A stretch of DNA of 62,589 bases, filler included, from Sphacelaria rigidula (taxonomy: Eukaryota): assembly GCA_964200075.2 (NCBI GenBank). It is 5 parts of 5 records of this genome, joined end to end, with 100 filler letters (N's around TTAATTAATTAA, not from the genome) between each part and the next. Parts side by side here need not be neighbours in the genome. Positions count along the whole stretch, not along the records: positions 12,542 to 24,980 come from CAXNAA020003771.1; positions 25,081 to 37,517 come from CAXNAA020003772.1; 3 more parts are not named here. One strand, given 5' to 3'. Positions within the stretch are counted from its first letter, which is position 1, and every line of letters begins with the position of its first letter. Made by a program: the position numbers and the translations under genes. Shown here in pieces: positions 12,915 to 27,338 of this stretch. The notes under the pieces were generated by a model. That model did no database searches, was not told the DNA's origin, and worked only from the letters and a program-made list of their open reading frames with translations.

Positions 12915-15900
12915 CTGCACAAGCTGCTGCGTCACCCACTCGTAATCTTCCTCCAGCAGTCCAATGTAACCGAAGTTGATCGAGTCTTTCTTGTGGGCGT
13001 CGAAACCGGCACTAACCAGAATCAGGTCCGGATTGAACGCCGCCAGCTTGGGAAGAATTTCCTTGCGGTACACATCTCGCCACCGGTGCCTTGATGCCCC
13101 AGGCGTGTCGTCCGGCTCAGGCAGCGGCATTCCCACATCCAGTACGAGCGGCTGCGCACGGTGCACGGGGGTGTTTCGTTTCATCACAATTACAATCGTG
13201 ACCTGAAATCAATCGGACACACATGACACACACAAACACACATCCTTGCTTGCTCTCGCAAGAAAACGACTCGGGGTAGCATACGCGCAAGTCACGGGAT
13301 GCTCGTGCTTTTGTGGGCTGTAGAGTAAGTAGTCCGTATTTTCCCTCAAGAAACCTTCCCATTTTCACTCTCTTTTGCGCTGTCTTTTTCCTGATCTAGT
13401 CTTGCTTTTTTTTTGTGTGTTTTCTCCCCTTTTTTCTCAGTCTGTTATCTCAAGAGATCAACCGTATATATGACGACAAAAGTCGAACACAACACACGAA
13501 TGGTAGAAACACGTTTCAGGCATCTGGGGCGCAGTGCGGGGAAGTTCGATACACTTCTTGGCTACACCAAATCATGCGCGGAATCGTGGATTCATCATTT
13601 CTTGAGCCCTGCCCTCCATCAACCGCCGAAACGACAGCGCTGCATTTGCCGGTAGACTCTAGATCCCAGTGATGATTACTCCGGCCAGCGCGACAACGAA
13701 CAGATGCGCATACTCTCGCGCGCGCGGAGGGGTGGGAGTGGGGGCTATTCATGATCTTGGATGCAGGAGACATACGGCCATTGACCTCGCATTCTTACAA
13801 AGCTGGGACAGAGCACGCCAGGTTTTTGCCGGACCAGGCTTGCAGTCAATCATCAAGCGCGAAACGCCGTGATGTGTTCGGCAAGTCGCATGACGGGTGA
13901 GCTGCATCCTGCTGAGAATGTTCGGCCCGAAGCGTACTGATTATCTTGCATTTGGATGACACTCCCTGAGACAAGCCACGAGTTCCACACTGCCTCATGG
14001 TTGTCTCACCATTTCAACATTACGTAGTATGATTATCCCCGTTGCGCGGAATTGAGGTTCTCCCACCGCGCACAATATGATCTAGCTGGACCAGCATCAG
14101 ATCATGATGACCGGAAAAAAAAACCCGCCAGCGCGCTAAAAAAAATACGGCAATCTGGTTGCCTAGCTTACGCGCAGTGAGTAGCGTGTCTTGCAGCGTC
14201 ATCGTCAACCAACGCCCACCCCGCAGGGGATCCGTCCCTACGAAGCCGGAACGGAGCATGACGGGTTTTCGCCGGACCAGGCTAGTGACCATTGGGTGAG
14301 GGAGACGATCACAAACGTAAAGAAGTCGACTGGACTGTTCCAAAACTTCGGGGTGATGGCCACCCGAAACACAAAGAATAACTTTGACAAACTGATTTTT
14401 GGAAATACAAATGTCTTGGTCGGGGACGGTACGTCAAGCACAAAATCCAGAGACACGGGCAAATTCAACCCCCCAGATTTAGTTCTCTTCTTTTCATGCC
14501 TTGGGAGATATGATGCCTTACACGTTCCATGGAAAATTGCGCGGGAGGGAAGCTTCTGAAAACGTCTCAGGCCGCGTGACATCGTCTGTTGAGTACGGTT
14601 CATATTGACCAGAGCAGAGATGTATTTAGCTGCTTCTCATGCATGAAGATGATCATCCTTCACCAGGCCTCGTTTCACAGGTGTTCATTATTATCGCATA
14701 TTTTCGAAGCTTAGCGTCATGGGAGTGTTGACGAACGCATCTCTGGACGCACTCGACATCGTTCTCCGTGCGATGGCAATAATCAAACATAAGTTCTTCT
14801 GTAGAGTACCTCCAAGGCATCTATCTGGGGACGTTCACTTCCACGTTTGACGTGCTCCCCGCGAAAAAAAGAGGCCAAAACGCGTCTGCGAGGCAAACAG
14901 TACAAGCTTCAGTAAAGTATAGCACAAGGCATATTACGTCTCAGTCTACCATGTCCTTCTATTCTACTGTTTCCGTTTTCCCTTCTCATTCAGCGAGGGT
15001 TCTAGTTTTGTCATGTCTTGGGTACGTCAATCACGCGACAACGGCTGGATCCCTGGGGGGTCGGTCAGAGTGCGACAATCAACCATAGGTTCCTGGCAAC
15101 CGTGTAACCGCCCCCGAGCAAGCCACACGCTCTGATATATCTTTCGAGCACTTCCACCATATCTGTTGCGCCTTGCTGGAACACCGAATACGGCCCATGC
15201 TGGCGGCAGGTACGCGAACGGATTGACACGAAATTCAACACAGGTGAGTTCATGCCCTCTTGAACTAAATTTTGGCGCACGTGTTACTGTCACCAAGGCG
15301 AGACCAACCATGATGGTACCTGTTTTCACACGCGATTCGTCTTCATTCGAAAATCACGCACGGAACGAGCATTGGCAAGAAACATCGATAATCACGTACG
15401 ATATGAAATTCAACGTCTTGGCCCTCCAAGTATATGATAAACATTTCCTTGGATTTTTCGCTCGGAAGTTTGAGAGTAGAGTATGGAAACGAGTCAATCA
15501 ATCCGCCGAATGCCTTCACCGTCTGTTTCTTGTTCCGTGTAGGGATGGACGCAACTCATTCTTTTAGAAATGCAGTTTAATGAAAGTCACTCCAAAATCA
15601 CAACGAGAAAACCAAAACAAAAAGTGGTGGAGGCGTCTCCGATTGGTCTCTTAAAACCTTTACCCGAAAATCCCTGGACACACTTCGGCCCCTTTCGCTA
15701 CAAACCGCCTGAGAGCATCTGCGGCGCTGGTTCGATCTCGCCGGAGTACAAGTGTGTTTATGGCGCTGCCTTTCCGGGTGACGCCGAGCTCCGGTGGTGA
15801 AATTGTGTAGATTTGACACCATCACGTCAGGAAAACGTGGTTCGATTCCTGCAAAATTTAGTCTGGATTTTTTTCTGCCAAGAATCTGAACTCCGTATCT

Positions 15901-18900
15901 GAAAACATGAGGATACGAGGAGTAAAAGGAGATTATTTGACGAGGGTCGAGTCGATGTTATGCGGCAAAGGTGATCCAACCCACGATACCGAACCGTGAG
16001 GCGTGTACCATTGGAGAAACAAATGGGTTGATCTCCGGAGAGCACGGATTTGTTCCGAGGAAACGGGAGAGGAGTTACAAGCAGAACGAGAAAATAATAC
16101 TTGATAAAAATATGACGGCGCAGTGACACCTCAGACTGAACACGCTAGTCCATTGAAGACTGCTGACCAACCTGCAACGACGACCGTTGGTGCGAAGCCC
16201 GCTCAAAGCGCTGGAGAAACGACGCTCGGAAACTGTAGGCAAACATTCGCTCATGTTCACGGACAGCCCTCAAACTCCGTTCTCCAGCGCTTTCGTCGAA
16301 ATTTGCAAGATGGGCAGGGAAGTGCGAGCTGGTCAGCGACCTCCGGCACAACATCAGCGTGTGGGAGAAAACATGCGCCCCTCGAGAATATCGCGCTCAA
16401 CATACAACGTGCTCCTCCAGCCAAGCTGAGGCACTGTTGGAGGTATGCAGACTGTACACGTAGAATAGAGGGAAAAATCACCGCCGCTAGGCAGCAGCAC
16501 GACGGCCTCGGTGCACACCCATGTAGCTCCCAAGGCTCCTAGGGTGGTATGGTGCAGTGAGAGTGCCGGTGCGTCATACGCAAGAGTGCCGACTCCAATC
16601 ATGGGTGATGCGGGTGAATCTTGTGTTATAAGGATGTGAGCTACTGCAGCGAAGCATCGACAACACGGCAACAAAACGCCATATGGGTGGGTCATTTGAC
16701 ATACGTGTAAAGATGACCAATTTTACTGACGTGAATAAAAATCGCGGGATTTGAAGTGGTAGTGTCAAGACATAAATACAGCATGAGTTTGTTCAACATG
16801 GACAGTGACCGCCGTGCTGACACATTTCCGCGATAATGGGCTTCAAGTTGTTACAACGAGAGAACGTGTTTGCGCACCAACGGCATCACCTCAATCTCGC
16901 CGAAGCATCGTATACTTACAGTCCTGCATTTCCGAGAAGCACATGGATAATGGAAGCTGTGTGTGCTACCATGTTCCAAAACACAGGGCCCACGCCCGGG
17001 ATCGCTCACCAACTTGAACTGACAAAACATTGATACAAATTGTGATCGGAGCGGTGGAATACGAGGTTCGTGCTTCGTACTTCAAGCCCACCATTGCGGT
17101 GCGATTCAAGTTGGGCTACCTCTGCAGCCGAACATGATCAACATGTGGAACATGGTCGCATAGCTGCGTCATGTCTGCGCTCCGCATAAAATGTGGGAAC
17201 AAAGCCAAACATGCGTCCTCGATCAGGTCAAGGCCATGCCGTCGGTGGGTAAGTTCTCAAATCTTGAATAGTGCAACTCATCGTCCCCGCTGGGACTGGA
17301 GCAGCGTGACGACTACGGCCGGAGCCATCCCCCGAGACTTTCGGGCACGACGCCCCACTGAACAGGTCGGTACGGTGTGAATACCAAAGAGCTGGCTCCA
17401 TTTGTCATCAGCGTGAGTGTGAGGTCCGTCGTGCGAACCAAGGACGCGGACTATTACGGCATAGTGGCATAAATGGGAAGCGCAAACCCCGCGCCATGTG
17501 GGCCATCAGAGATCTTCACAAAAAAGATCCAATTTTGCGTCAACATCCGATACTTGAAAGAGGCTCAATGTTGTTTTCCACTTCAGGAAAGTATTGTTTG
17601 CCGCCTTTTCCTGCTATTAACTTCTCCCGCACACGAGGACATGGAAAATGAGGTACAGATTATCCGCTGTGACATCGCTCCAATGACAAACACGAACGTG
17701 ACATGTCACACAGGTGAGATAGGAGGGGGGAGGGGGGAGGTGATCGGATATCCGAACTCTAGGTGCGAACACACAATAGATACAAACTTCAAAGTAAGGA
17801 ACGACCGCACACCGACATGAAACAACGTGAATCGGGCAGTAGCGACGCCTGCACATATTTGCGCGCCACTGCTGCAACGAGGACTGTTTACCAAATGGTC
17901 GGAAACAATAGGTAGTACCATGCATAAGGTGCCACCAACCTCAACACTAACCCCAACGCCAACCCCGACCAAGGCATAAGAGAACCCTTGGGCACGGGGT
18001 GTGCAGAGGGCGTCCTAGGAAAAGTGTGCGTTGGCAGACCTCAAATCCGCGGCGTCTATTTCGGACAAAAATGCGTTATGGACCAGCTGGGAGCGTCGCC
18101 TAAAAATAACGAAGAAAATCGGACTTGGGAGCAAAATACATGCGTTCCACGCCTGGATCTGCAGCCAGACTGACATGTCCATCTCACAGCAATCTGTGCA
18201 TGTGTGAGAGAACAGCCGGGGGAAACGGACGGACAATCTGGTAGTCATCGTAGCTGTAGTGGTGAAAGCCTGAGGGGTCACGTGTGCTCCGTTATTGCCG
18301 CCGAATTACGGATCGATGTCAGTTAGCTGGCGACAACACCGACGACTGACTGTTTTCACCCTATCCTGTACTGTTTCATGCAACCAAATAGTCGGCAAGT
18401 CAGACACGTTACACCCTCCTTCTGCCCGCCACCCTCGACATCTTCAGCCAATCACGCCCAAACACGCGTAAAGGTTTTCCCCATGCCGTGCATCAAATCT
18501 GTCGGCAGCAACAGCCATGCCATGATTCGAATGTTACAGCTACTGCTCCACACAGGTTGACCGGAGGAGCGTGCATGATACATCCCCATTTCTGTGGTTT
18601 ACTGCCGTCATGCTCAGAAACTCAGCATTTGCAGAGACCCGGGCGTCCGTGATACTGCGCAGCACTGCTGGCTTCAGCGCCAACTTTGACATCCTCTCAG
18701 TGTGGTGTGGTGTATGGTGCACCACCATGAAGAAAAAAAAAATATATATAACGGGTGCTGAGCATATGGTGTGCGGAAATCATACAAAAAAAAGGGCAAA
18801 ATCTTGAGGTCAAGTTGTCACGGACGAAGGCGACGCGTAATATGCCCCAACTATGTAAATGTGAGATGACTAGCTTTCTAACGTCCCCAGAATGTTTCGC

Positions 18901-21900
18901 AGGGTCCGACGTCGTTATTGGGACTACAAAGTGTTTCATCCCGTCGAGGGCCCCTGCCCTTTTCAACGAATGCCATCACACCACCACAGGCCATCTACGG
19001 TGAATCCTGCGCTCTAAGAGGGTACGATCAATAAGCTCTACATATCTTGCTTCTCCAACAAGTGCCTGAAATACGCCCGATCAGTGTATCCAGGACATGA
19101 TCTTTTTTAGAGTTATTTTCAGCCTCTCGGCTTCCACCATCATACCGCCAACCGCCATCCCCCTCCAAACCTGCATACTTGTCGCCTCTCGGGTGCCAGC
19201 GCCAGAACTCGATCCGTGATCTCCACTCCCATTGCTGGTGCCGCTGCCTTCCCTCTCCTCCCCTGCACCCCGGTCCTCCAGTACCTCGTCCTCACCCCCC
19301 TGCCCTTCTCGCATGACATCTCCATTCTCAGCTCTTCCTCCCTCCGCCCCTCCCTGCGCCCCCGTCCTCCCTTCACCAGCAGCCGTCGTGGACTGTCCTT
19401 CGGACTGTTCTTCGGAAGGAAGAGGGCAATCCGTGGTTTCTCCGGATCCCGGATAAAACCAGCCGCCCTGCATGTTCTGGTAGCGCCTCTCCTTTTTACC
19501 GTAGCCGTGGACGGACACGAACAGGCACTTTTCGGCATCCTCCCCATTCAGCCACGGTTTATAGTGCACCTTGGTTACAATACATTGGGTAGACGGGAGT
19601 GGATAAGTTTTCGAGTGTCGTCTCGAGCATTGTGTAACTATGGTGTTGCGTATGTGCGCTGCACTGTGTCGAGCATGTGAAGCAAATGCGCAACGTAGCT
19701 TGTGAGGTCCGTGATAATTCGGGTCATCGAGAACATGCCCCCCTCTGCTTGACCCCTCGTTCCCTCCTCTTCCCGTCACCCCGCCCTGCTTTCTCTGCTG
19801 CGAGTGAGTGAATCAAACCGCAGATGAAACACGCACGGGGGCGCACCTGTTGTAAAATCCCGGAGCAAAACGGCGTGTGGATCTTGGACTCTTCTATCCT
19901 GGGCACCAAAGCCTTCACGATGTCCTCCGTACCGTTGCCTGATTTCATTATGCAAGAAGAAAAAAAGGCAGAGAACGTCCTCCGAAAGCTCAACAGCTGG
20001 CTCGTGCAGTGCTGCAACGTAACTCTGAGCACGGATCACTGCATCGGGCAGGCACTTGACATCTTGATTTTTTTGTGGTTACATGTGTGCCCATGTCCAT
20101 GGACTGCGATGACGACGTGATATGACTGTTTGAAGAACGTTCGCGGAAAGTCATGGGCTCGAAATAACGCGAACCCTGTCCCCAAACCCCAATCTAACGC
20201 GGACCGATAACCGCTGGGCAAGAGGGACGCAGAGGGTGCTCTGGGCAAAGCGTACGTCGGCAGACCTCAAATCGATGCCTGCAGCGCCATTATGGGCAAA
20301 ACGCAATCTGCGCACGCTACGTATAAGTATAGAAGCGCTTGAGACTGTCAGCCGCACCCGAGATCCGAATATCGGGGTATTAACTCAAATCAAGCGAAAA
20401 GATTCCGGGAAGGTTTTCCAAATAATCATATTACGGGGTGGAAAACGCCACTGCGTTTTTCTCATCTCCACCCACGAATGACCATGATAAACATAAAGCT
20501 TCGATGAATATGGCAGTCTTTGACTACTTATATTTTCGAGGGAAAATGTAAATACCTGTATATTTATATACAGAAAATCTGATCGCTAATGCAGTGTACA
20601 CGCGAGGGCATGAAAAAAAAAAACGCTTTGAAGCGTCGAAGGTCCGTAAGTGCGGCAGCTCCGGGTCCTGTCTGTATGCCAAGTATGTTGTCGTGGGAAA
20701 TTAGGCCGTGTGTATGCAAGTAGCACCGTATCATCTGTGCGAGTCATTGCACTATACGAAACATGCACACCCTTGACAATGAATAACATTGGCAAAAAAG
20801 TGTACTGCATACAGTACTAACCACGTTGTTTATTGAAATATTCAACAAATTCGATACTGGACGCAGTACGCGTTTTTCCAGTGTAATCCATCATCCAGGG
20901 TGTGAAGAGATGAGTACATGGCGCAACACGGCACAGCTGAGCGTAGTGCATGGCAACGCCTGACAAATATCACCGCGTTACGCTGCATTCCATCACGCTA
21001 TGCTACACAACAGAAAGGGCCAAGTGCGTGACGGTACACTTAAGCGAGGTACGATACAGCACAGCAGTCACAACATTGTAGACGAAACGACACAACCGCA
21101 AAATATGATAGTGTGGAACCATGCCGTACGCATCTCAACAATCCAATAAATACATCACCGATATTTCGACGGCATCACGGTCCTATCCTTATCCCGCTGA
21201 ACTTCTCACACTGAAACAAGAAATGGGAGCTAACAAGAGCAAGAGCAACCTCGATCCGTCTTATATATACGCGCAAGTACATCGCCGTATCAGAAACGAA
21301 CACGACATACTGACGTTCCTCCACAAGACAACACAGAGAGAGGAACAAGTGAACACACACACATAAAATACCCAGGATGATGACACTTACCATGGTGCAC
21401 ATCAAAGTCCACGATCGCCACTCGATCAACGCCCGCGTGGCGATGGACACACCGAGCGTACGCCGCACCTATCGCCTGTTTTTTTCCCACGTTATTTTCA
21501 CGATTTCATTTGCAGGGATTGTACGACAAATAAGGCATTCCGACAACTAAAAAATGCTTGCAATTCCAACATCCTCCTCATCAGTCTCTGGAATGCATAT
21601 GAACAGTAGGTCATAGGTTGGCTTGCAGTTACTGCACCAGCCTGACGCAACAACGCTCATACTTATAACTCAAGGGTGTGGCAAATCTCTCACCTCTGGA
21701 ACCACACCTTACCCCCACCACACTGATATCGCAAACACACATATACATACACATTCTTCATCATGACAGGAATCTTCCATGTATCTGTTCAAAATTTACA
21801 TATTTCTAGTAAAAAAAACAGTGTTTAAGTGGGTATGGGGTGCCATTCTAAACTCGAGTACTCCACTCCCCTCGCCCGCCCGCTCGTTATACTTTTGTTT

Positions 21901-24461
21901 TTTTCAGTGTATGGACAAATGCCCTGCCGCCGCGCCACGGTAATCTCACCAGCTCACAGCTGAAAACCGGGCAGGGTGGAGTTTGAGGATTTACATCTCG
22001 GCGGCAGATGCGCTCATTATTTCATTTCTTCTTCCGACGAGAGCGAATGGTGTTTTGGACTTCTATCGTCGAACGCGTAACGCGTGAGGATGTTACGAAG
22101 AAGAAAAAAAACCTTTGACGAGAGTCGATTTCGTGTGGCGGCGTTGATCCAATCCGCGATGCTGTACTTATACCAAAATGCCAGGCATATGCGTACCCGG
22201 GGAGAGACGGGTTGGTTGGTTGATCTCTCGAGACTACGGATACATTCCGAACAAAATAAGCGTCGTGTGAGGTTAAAAATATATATATGTCACGAGCAAA
22301 AAAAAACAAAGAAAGAAAAGGAAAGAAAAGGAGTGCATTGTGTATTTCAGTACTAAGTTGACCCTGTGACTTTACTTCTTCTTGGCGCTTGAAGGGCACA
22401 GGTCGGACGAGTCATTGCGGTTCAAATACCCAAATCTACTTGTACGAAATTCGAGTTCTGAGTACTTGTGAAGGAGAGAGAAAAAGAAAATTGACCGCGG
22501 GTAAAAAAACGTCCCAAGACAAAAATATTGCGCTATTCCACGTGCATGGAGTGTGCAAAAACTAGAAAATGACGTAACTCCATGAATGATTGAAAAAAAA
22601 AGGGCCGGATCCCGAAAAACGAATTATTTTACTGCACGCAAGATCCTGGTGAAATATCGCATAAAAACTCCTGAAACTGGGCAGCGCGTGGAACTTTTTG
22701 TTGACACCGCTACGCCCCTGTAATTCAAGTGATACGGGAGACTCTAGTTATGGAGGTGAAGAGTTCAAATCCCGACAGGTGATGTGTTTTTTTCGCAGAT
22801 TCTGGTTTCGTCGTTGGGGTCACATATTGTGCAGTACATTTATTTCATTTGTTTTTTCTTTGGCGACAGAACGAGCATGGCCAGGTTGGTCTGCACTTCA
22901 CAGCGACATGCCCAAGTCGGGGTGATTCGACAGACCAAACAAGCTGCCGTGCGCCTACGGGTTCTATTTTTTACGGCTGGTGCAGCTCATTTTGTATAAG
23001 CGTATAAACACTACACCTGATCGAATCTTTTGTCTCAGCCAAAATAAGAATATTAAAATAAAAACTCACCACATTGTTCAGCAGACAGAAGCCGTGGGAA
23101 CCTGCCATATCATTGGCGCAGGTCACCAACCCTCGTGGTCCCGCATGGTGTCCAGGAGGCCTAACCGCGCAAAACGCGTTTCGATTTTTCCCCGCAATTA
23201 CCCTTGACGGAAGGGAAATAAAATAAAATAAAAAGGTAATAAAGAGATCAAACACGTGGAAGCGATGTCAAGAGCTGACAAATATTCACCCACCCTACCA
23301 ACAAAAAACCCAGCGAAAACAAAAAATGAAGAGCGGAGGGGAGTATTTATGAGTAGAACTCTCCTCGGTACAAAAGCCGCACAAGGTCGACCGACGGGGA
23401 GAAGTCATGTTCGGCATCAGCATCTTCGAGCAGACCATCCTATCTTGACTACTACCATCAAGGCACAGTCCGGGGGGGGTGAATACCCCGATGCGACTGA
23501 CATCGCGATAGCCCCCCCAAGAACCAGCTCTAAATTTGTCACGAAAAAAATACTCGTACAGCGCATGCAGTCGGTTCCAGACCGCACGAAGCGCTTTATA
23601 TGAGCGACGTTGACGAAACTATGCCAGGCGTTGGAGTTTCCAGTTGCTCGGTGTGCTCGGATTTCGTCACTTAATTCGTATGTACATTTTGCCTCCTCAA
23701 AACCAGCCACTTTTCTCGGCGGAGTGGGCGGCTACCGCGATATCATTCTCGTGCTTTTTTTCGCCCCGGATTACTTACATGTCGAGTCCCCTGTTGTTAC
23801 GGCAATTTTACCGCACAAAAATGAAGGGAAGGAAGGAAGGAAGGAAGGAGGCTGCGCTTTGCAAGGCTAACTCTCTCAACCAACACCGACCCATCACGTG
23901 GCAAGTCCGAGAAAAATATGCACGTACACATTCAAGCACACAAGAAAACAAGATGGGCAGTAATAAAATCGAAACATGTCAAACACAAAATGGTGACAAA
24001 AACCAAAATTGTGATGAAAAAAAAGGAGAAAAAACAGAGACGACACTACAGCATGCTCGCACGAAACACTAGCTACCGCAGAAGCCGTGCCTACACTTCA
24101 TCTGTAGCATTGATGCGTGAATGTAGTGGGTAAAACGCACACGTTGCTAACCCAGAGAGGGCCACTCTCCTGCTGAGAATCAGACAGCCAGCAAACTGTT
24201 GGTTGGGGGAAATGACCTCTCGTGGATATTGTCAAGGGGAGCCGGAATGTTTTTATAGGAACCCCGGATACTTTATAAAATTCTCGCCATGTAACGACTA
24301 ATCATCTTATACCGTTCCTTCACTGCCCCACCTTTCGATCCCGTCGCACACCGAGCCTGCCGCGCGCAGGGCCGCCTCGAAGGAGTTACGGGACACTGCC
24401 GTATCGCCGTCCAGGTGCCGTAACTCTGAAGGTCTATTCGGGATGCTGGAGCACAGTCTTT
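12915..24461 (-). CDS. Zn-dependent histone deacetylase (class II-like), internal part; exons 24461-24332, 23202-23070, 21475-21391, 19938-19847, 19569-19171, 13151-12915; both ends missing at contig edges
   Basis: Phase-consistent GT-AG splicing gives LDGDTAVSRNSFEAALRAAGSVCDGIER/VIAGKNRNAFCAVRPPGHHAG...GFCLLNNV/AIGAAYAR...RVAIVDFDVHHG/NGTEDIV.../...LFVSVHGY...FYPGSG.../PLVLDVGMP...ILPKLAAFNPDLILVSAGFDAHKKD...DYEWVTQQLVQ. The catalytic HH dyad, GFC, DxDxHHGNGT and SAGFD motifs are intact. The LEGGY exon and N-terminus are absent. The acceptor at 13151 is preferred over an alternative at 13202, and extra exons in the 6-kb intron cannot be excluded. Confidence 0.93.
14940..15086 (+). mobile_element. 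Short 3' end of the same or a related LINE family, inside an HDAC intron
   Basis: TGGGTACGTCAATCACGCGACAACGGCTGGATCCCTGGGGGGTCGGTCAGAGTGCGACAATCAACC matches the 3' ends of the other two copies. Confidence 0.6.
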
Positions 24462-24774
24462 CTACATAGAGAGAGATTATGATATTCAAGTACAGGCATC
24501 ATCATGTGCGGAATACGTACACAAGTTCGAAACAGCGACAATACGAGGGAGGGGAGAAGGGAAATGGTCATCACTGGTCGGCGAGAAGAGACGTCGGACA
24601 TTTGTTCACACCACGGGGAGAGATTCACCATTCTTTCTTCAATATCAGACGAATGAAATCGCCTGGATATATTTCGCGTGGGTCTTCAACCTTGAAGAGA
24701 GCGACAGAGGGAAAGGGGGATAACATAAGTTATAATGAACGATGGTGCATGTTTTTCCATGTTTCATGGGTTGT

Positions 24775-24980
24775 GTAGGGGGCGTATCCATTCGCTGCTT
24801 GCCTCAGGTCAGTTGACCGTTGACCACACATCCCTTTCGAGACGGAGCATGGGTTGTGTAGGAGGGGGGAGGGGGGAGTACTCATGATCATGCATGCCAG
24901 AGTAATCAGACCACTGACCTCGCATCCCTACAAAGCCGGGACGGAGCACGCTGGGTTTCCGCCGGACCAGGGTCGCACTC
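24775..24980 (+). repeat. High-copy dispersed repeat (other copies 6640-6750+, 12542-12585-, 13735-13845+, 14232-14285+, 50154-50212-, 62515-62589+)
   Basis: The copies share GTACTCATGATCATGCATGCC / GACCATTGACC / CCCTACAAAGCCGGGACGGAGCACGC / TCGCCGGACCAGG. Four contig ends terminate inside this family. Confidence 0.8.
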
Positions 24981-25080
24981 NNNNNNNNNNNNNNNNNNNN
25001 NNNNNNNNNNNNNNNNNNNNNNNNTTAATTAATTAANNNNNNNNNNNNNNNNNNNNNNNNNNNNNNNNNNNNNNNNNNNN
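24981..25080. other. Artificial contig linker
   Basis: Same 100-nt N/TTAATTAATTAA/N spacer. Confidence 0.97.
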
Positions 25081-27338
25081 AAGTGTGGGGAAAGCATTGT
25101 TTTAGGCTTGAACCTCATCTCGGAGTTAAACCTCAATTCGCACAATTTGTTGTTTTTTGTAGCCACGCATACAACTGCCATCTTACAAAATCATTCCAGC
25201 GTGTGCCTTCTATCAATCAAGTGTTGGCAGGCGTGTGCACCATTTGACTCATCCGACACAGACAATGTCCGAAAACAAACTCATGAAATGCCAAATCAAC
25301 CATGCAAATGGTCCAATTTATACTTTACACGAGCACACTTTCGACTAGGATCTTCTTCTCTTGCTCGCCGGTCGTTTGTGAAACGATGGTGATATCCCAC
25401 TGTGCTACTTTAATTCTCGCACGCGGTCATACACCATCACAACAGCCCACCCTAGATCCTTCAGGTGCTGTTCCTTTTCAGAAGGGACGAACTTGCATCG
25501 AGCCACACCACCCCCACGCCACAGAAAACTGAGACTCATTTCAAAGATCAAGTATTCTTCGGTACGGGGAGCGATAAGGTACGACCAACACAAAAACATC
25601 ACAGAACACAAAAAACCTAAGCAAAAGAAAATAATCGAACGGATACAAGACTACAGTGTTCTCAAATTTCGCATCTGAGGGGGAATCATGGGAAACCAAA
25701 AATAAACATAGAAAAAACAACCGAACCGATATACCTCATGATGCAATGTCCTCGAAATGCCGTGAGCATTTCCGGGATAGTCGCAGGAAATCAGAGGCTC
25801 ATCATTGAAACGATCATCATACAATGCCATAACTAAATCATGAAAAGAATGTTTCACTCTTTTCCTGATGTCCGATTTGTTTTAGTTTCATTGGTAGAAA
25901 AACAAGCAAGCCCGCCAAGGCATTATATCACTTCGATAACCAATTCCATGACTAATGCCGAGATAGTCCCCCTACAAAAAGTGTACCGGAGACCGTCCGA
26001 CAAACCGAATGCAATCCCACTATTGAGCTCATTTGCAGCAATTTCGCCCACATGAGAGGCGTGTAGAAGTCCGAAATCAGCTATAACGCCCAAATGAGTC
26101 GCGTCGTGCAGCACGAAACCAGATCTAACGGCATTTTTTTATCATCGCTTCCGTGCACTTTCTGGCCGATCCGGGGGGGCTATCTCGGCAGCAGTCCCAT
26201 GCTTATCACTCGTCCCAGTCAATCAGCGAAATCGAACAACGTACGGCCGGGTTTGTCGCGGAAAAAGTAGCTTCCCGCGAAAACCAGACGTTGAAAGAAA
26301 ACGAAATACGCATGATACGGACAAATCAACCCGGTTGTCGTGAGTAAATTGTCAGTACATGTTTGTGAGAGCAACGACTTGCTATGGACGCCTGGGTGAT
26401 GATCCAGTCGTACAGCATTTATTTGTTGTTTTTCTCACACGACGAAATACGAAAACAACCGGCCGGTTTGTGGGATTGGGTACCCGTACACGTCAAAAGA
26501 AACGTAATTGAGTCAATACACAACCATCGGAGCTACTACGTAGATCCGAGGCGGATCGCCCAACACATTTCTGAACCACGACGAATACACGGGACAGAGA
26601 GGGCCAACGCAGTCCACCCCTCACGGCATATGTCCGTTCGGACTAAAAGGACACTGGCTCGACCACAAAATGGGGTAAAAACCACAGCTGGTCGTATCGT
26701 CACGTTACTTCGTCCAATAATCCCTGATAAAAACAAAACACTACCGACCGATGGATTTCATGGGCGGGTAACCGTACGCAAAAACCTGGTGTGAGCAGTG
26801 TAAAGAAAATAGCGAGCGGCGGACTCTGAGCCTGTAGGCTGTTCCAATGGTCGAATATCGACATGGCAGAATAGTTTGTTCCGGAAGAGCGATCTATCCC
26901 ATCATGATACTTGATGGTCCTGTAGGAGGAAACGTTTGCAACCAAATATTCCACTACTTCAATGACAATTCCTCAACATCTTCACGTACGACGCGGTCAG
27001 TGGTGACTTTGTGTATTACCAATCACCAAAATATAATTCATCCGTTGCGTCGCATGCACGTAACCCTTCCTATAAACGAGGTCGGTCGCACGTGTGCAGG
27101 ACTCGCAAAAAAAGTAGGCCAAGTGTTCGAGACTCGAGGGTCAGGCACGTTAGAACACTCATGGCGAATTTCCGACATAGACGGACGAAAAAACCAAAAC
27201 CAAGACAAATAAAAACTAGGGGTACGCTTGGCAACAGCGAAAACAAAATATCAGAAACATGAAGCAGAAAAAGAACACATGGCGACCGTCCCTGTGAACG
27301 GAAGCGGTTATCGCGTGTACTAAGCAAGTGGGGTCAAG

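Noticed and set aside
2874..24461. HDAC-flavin reductase fusion or gene cluster (same strand, complementary missing ends)
   Set aside because: The two lie on different contigs joined artificially, and the splice phases differ (HDAC ends phase 0, the reductase exon starts phase 1).
24629..24690. Extra HDAC exon (polypyrimidine-AAG acceptor, VEDPREIYPGDFIRLILKKEW)
   Set aside because: It has no HDAC similarity, and its end phase does not match the phase-1 start of the 24461 exon.
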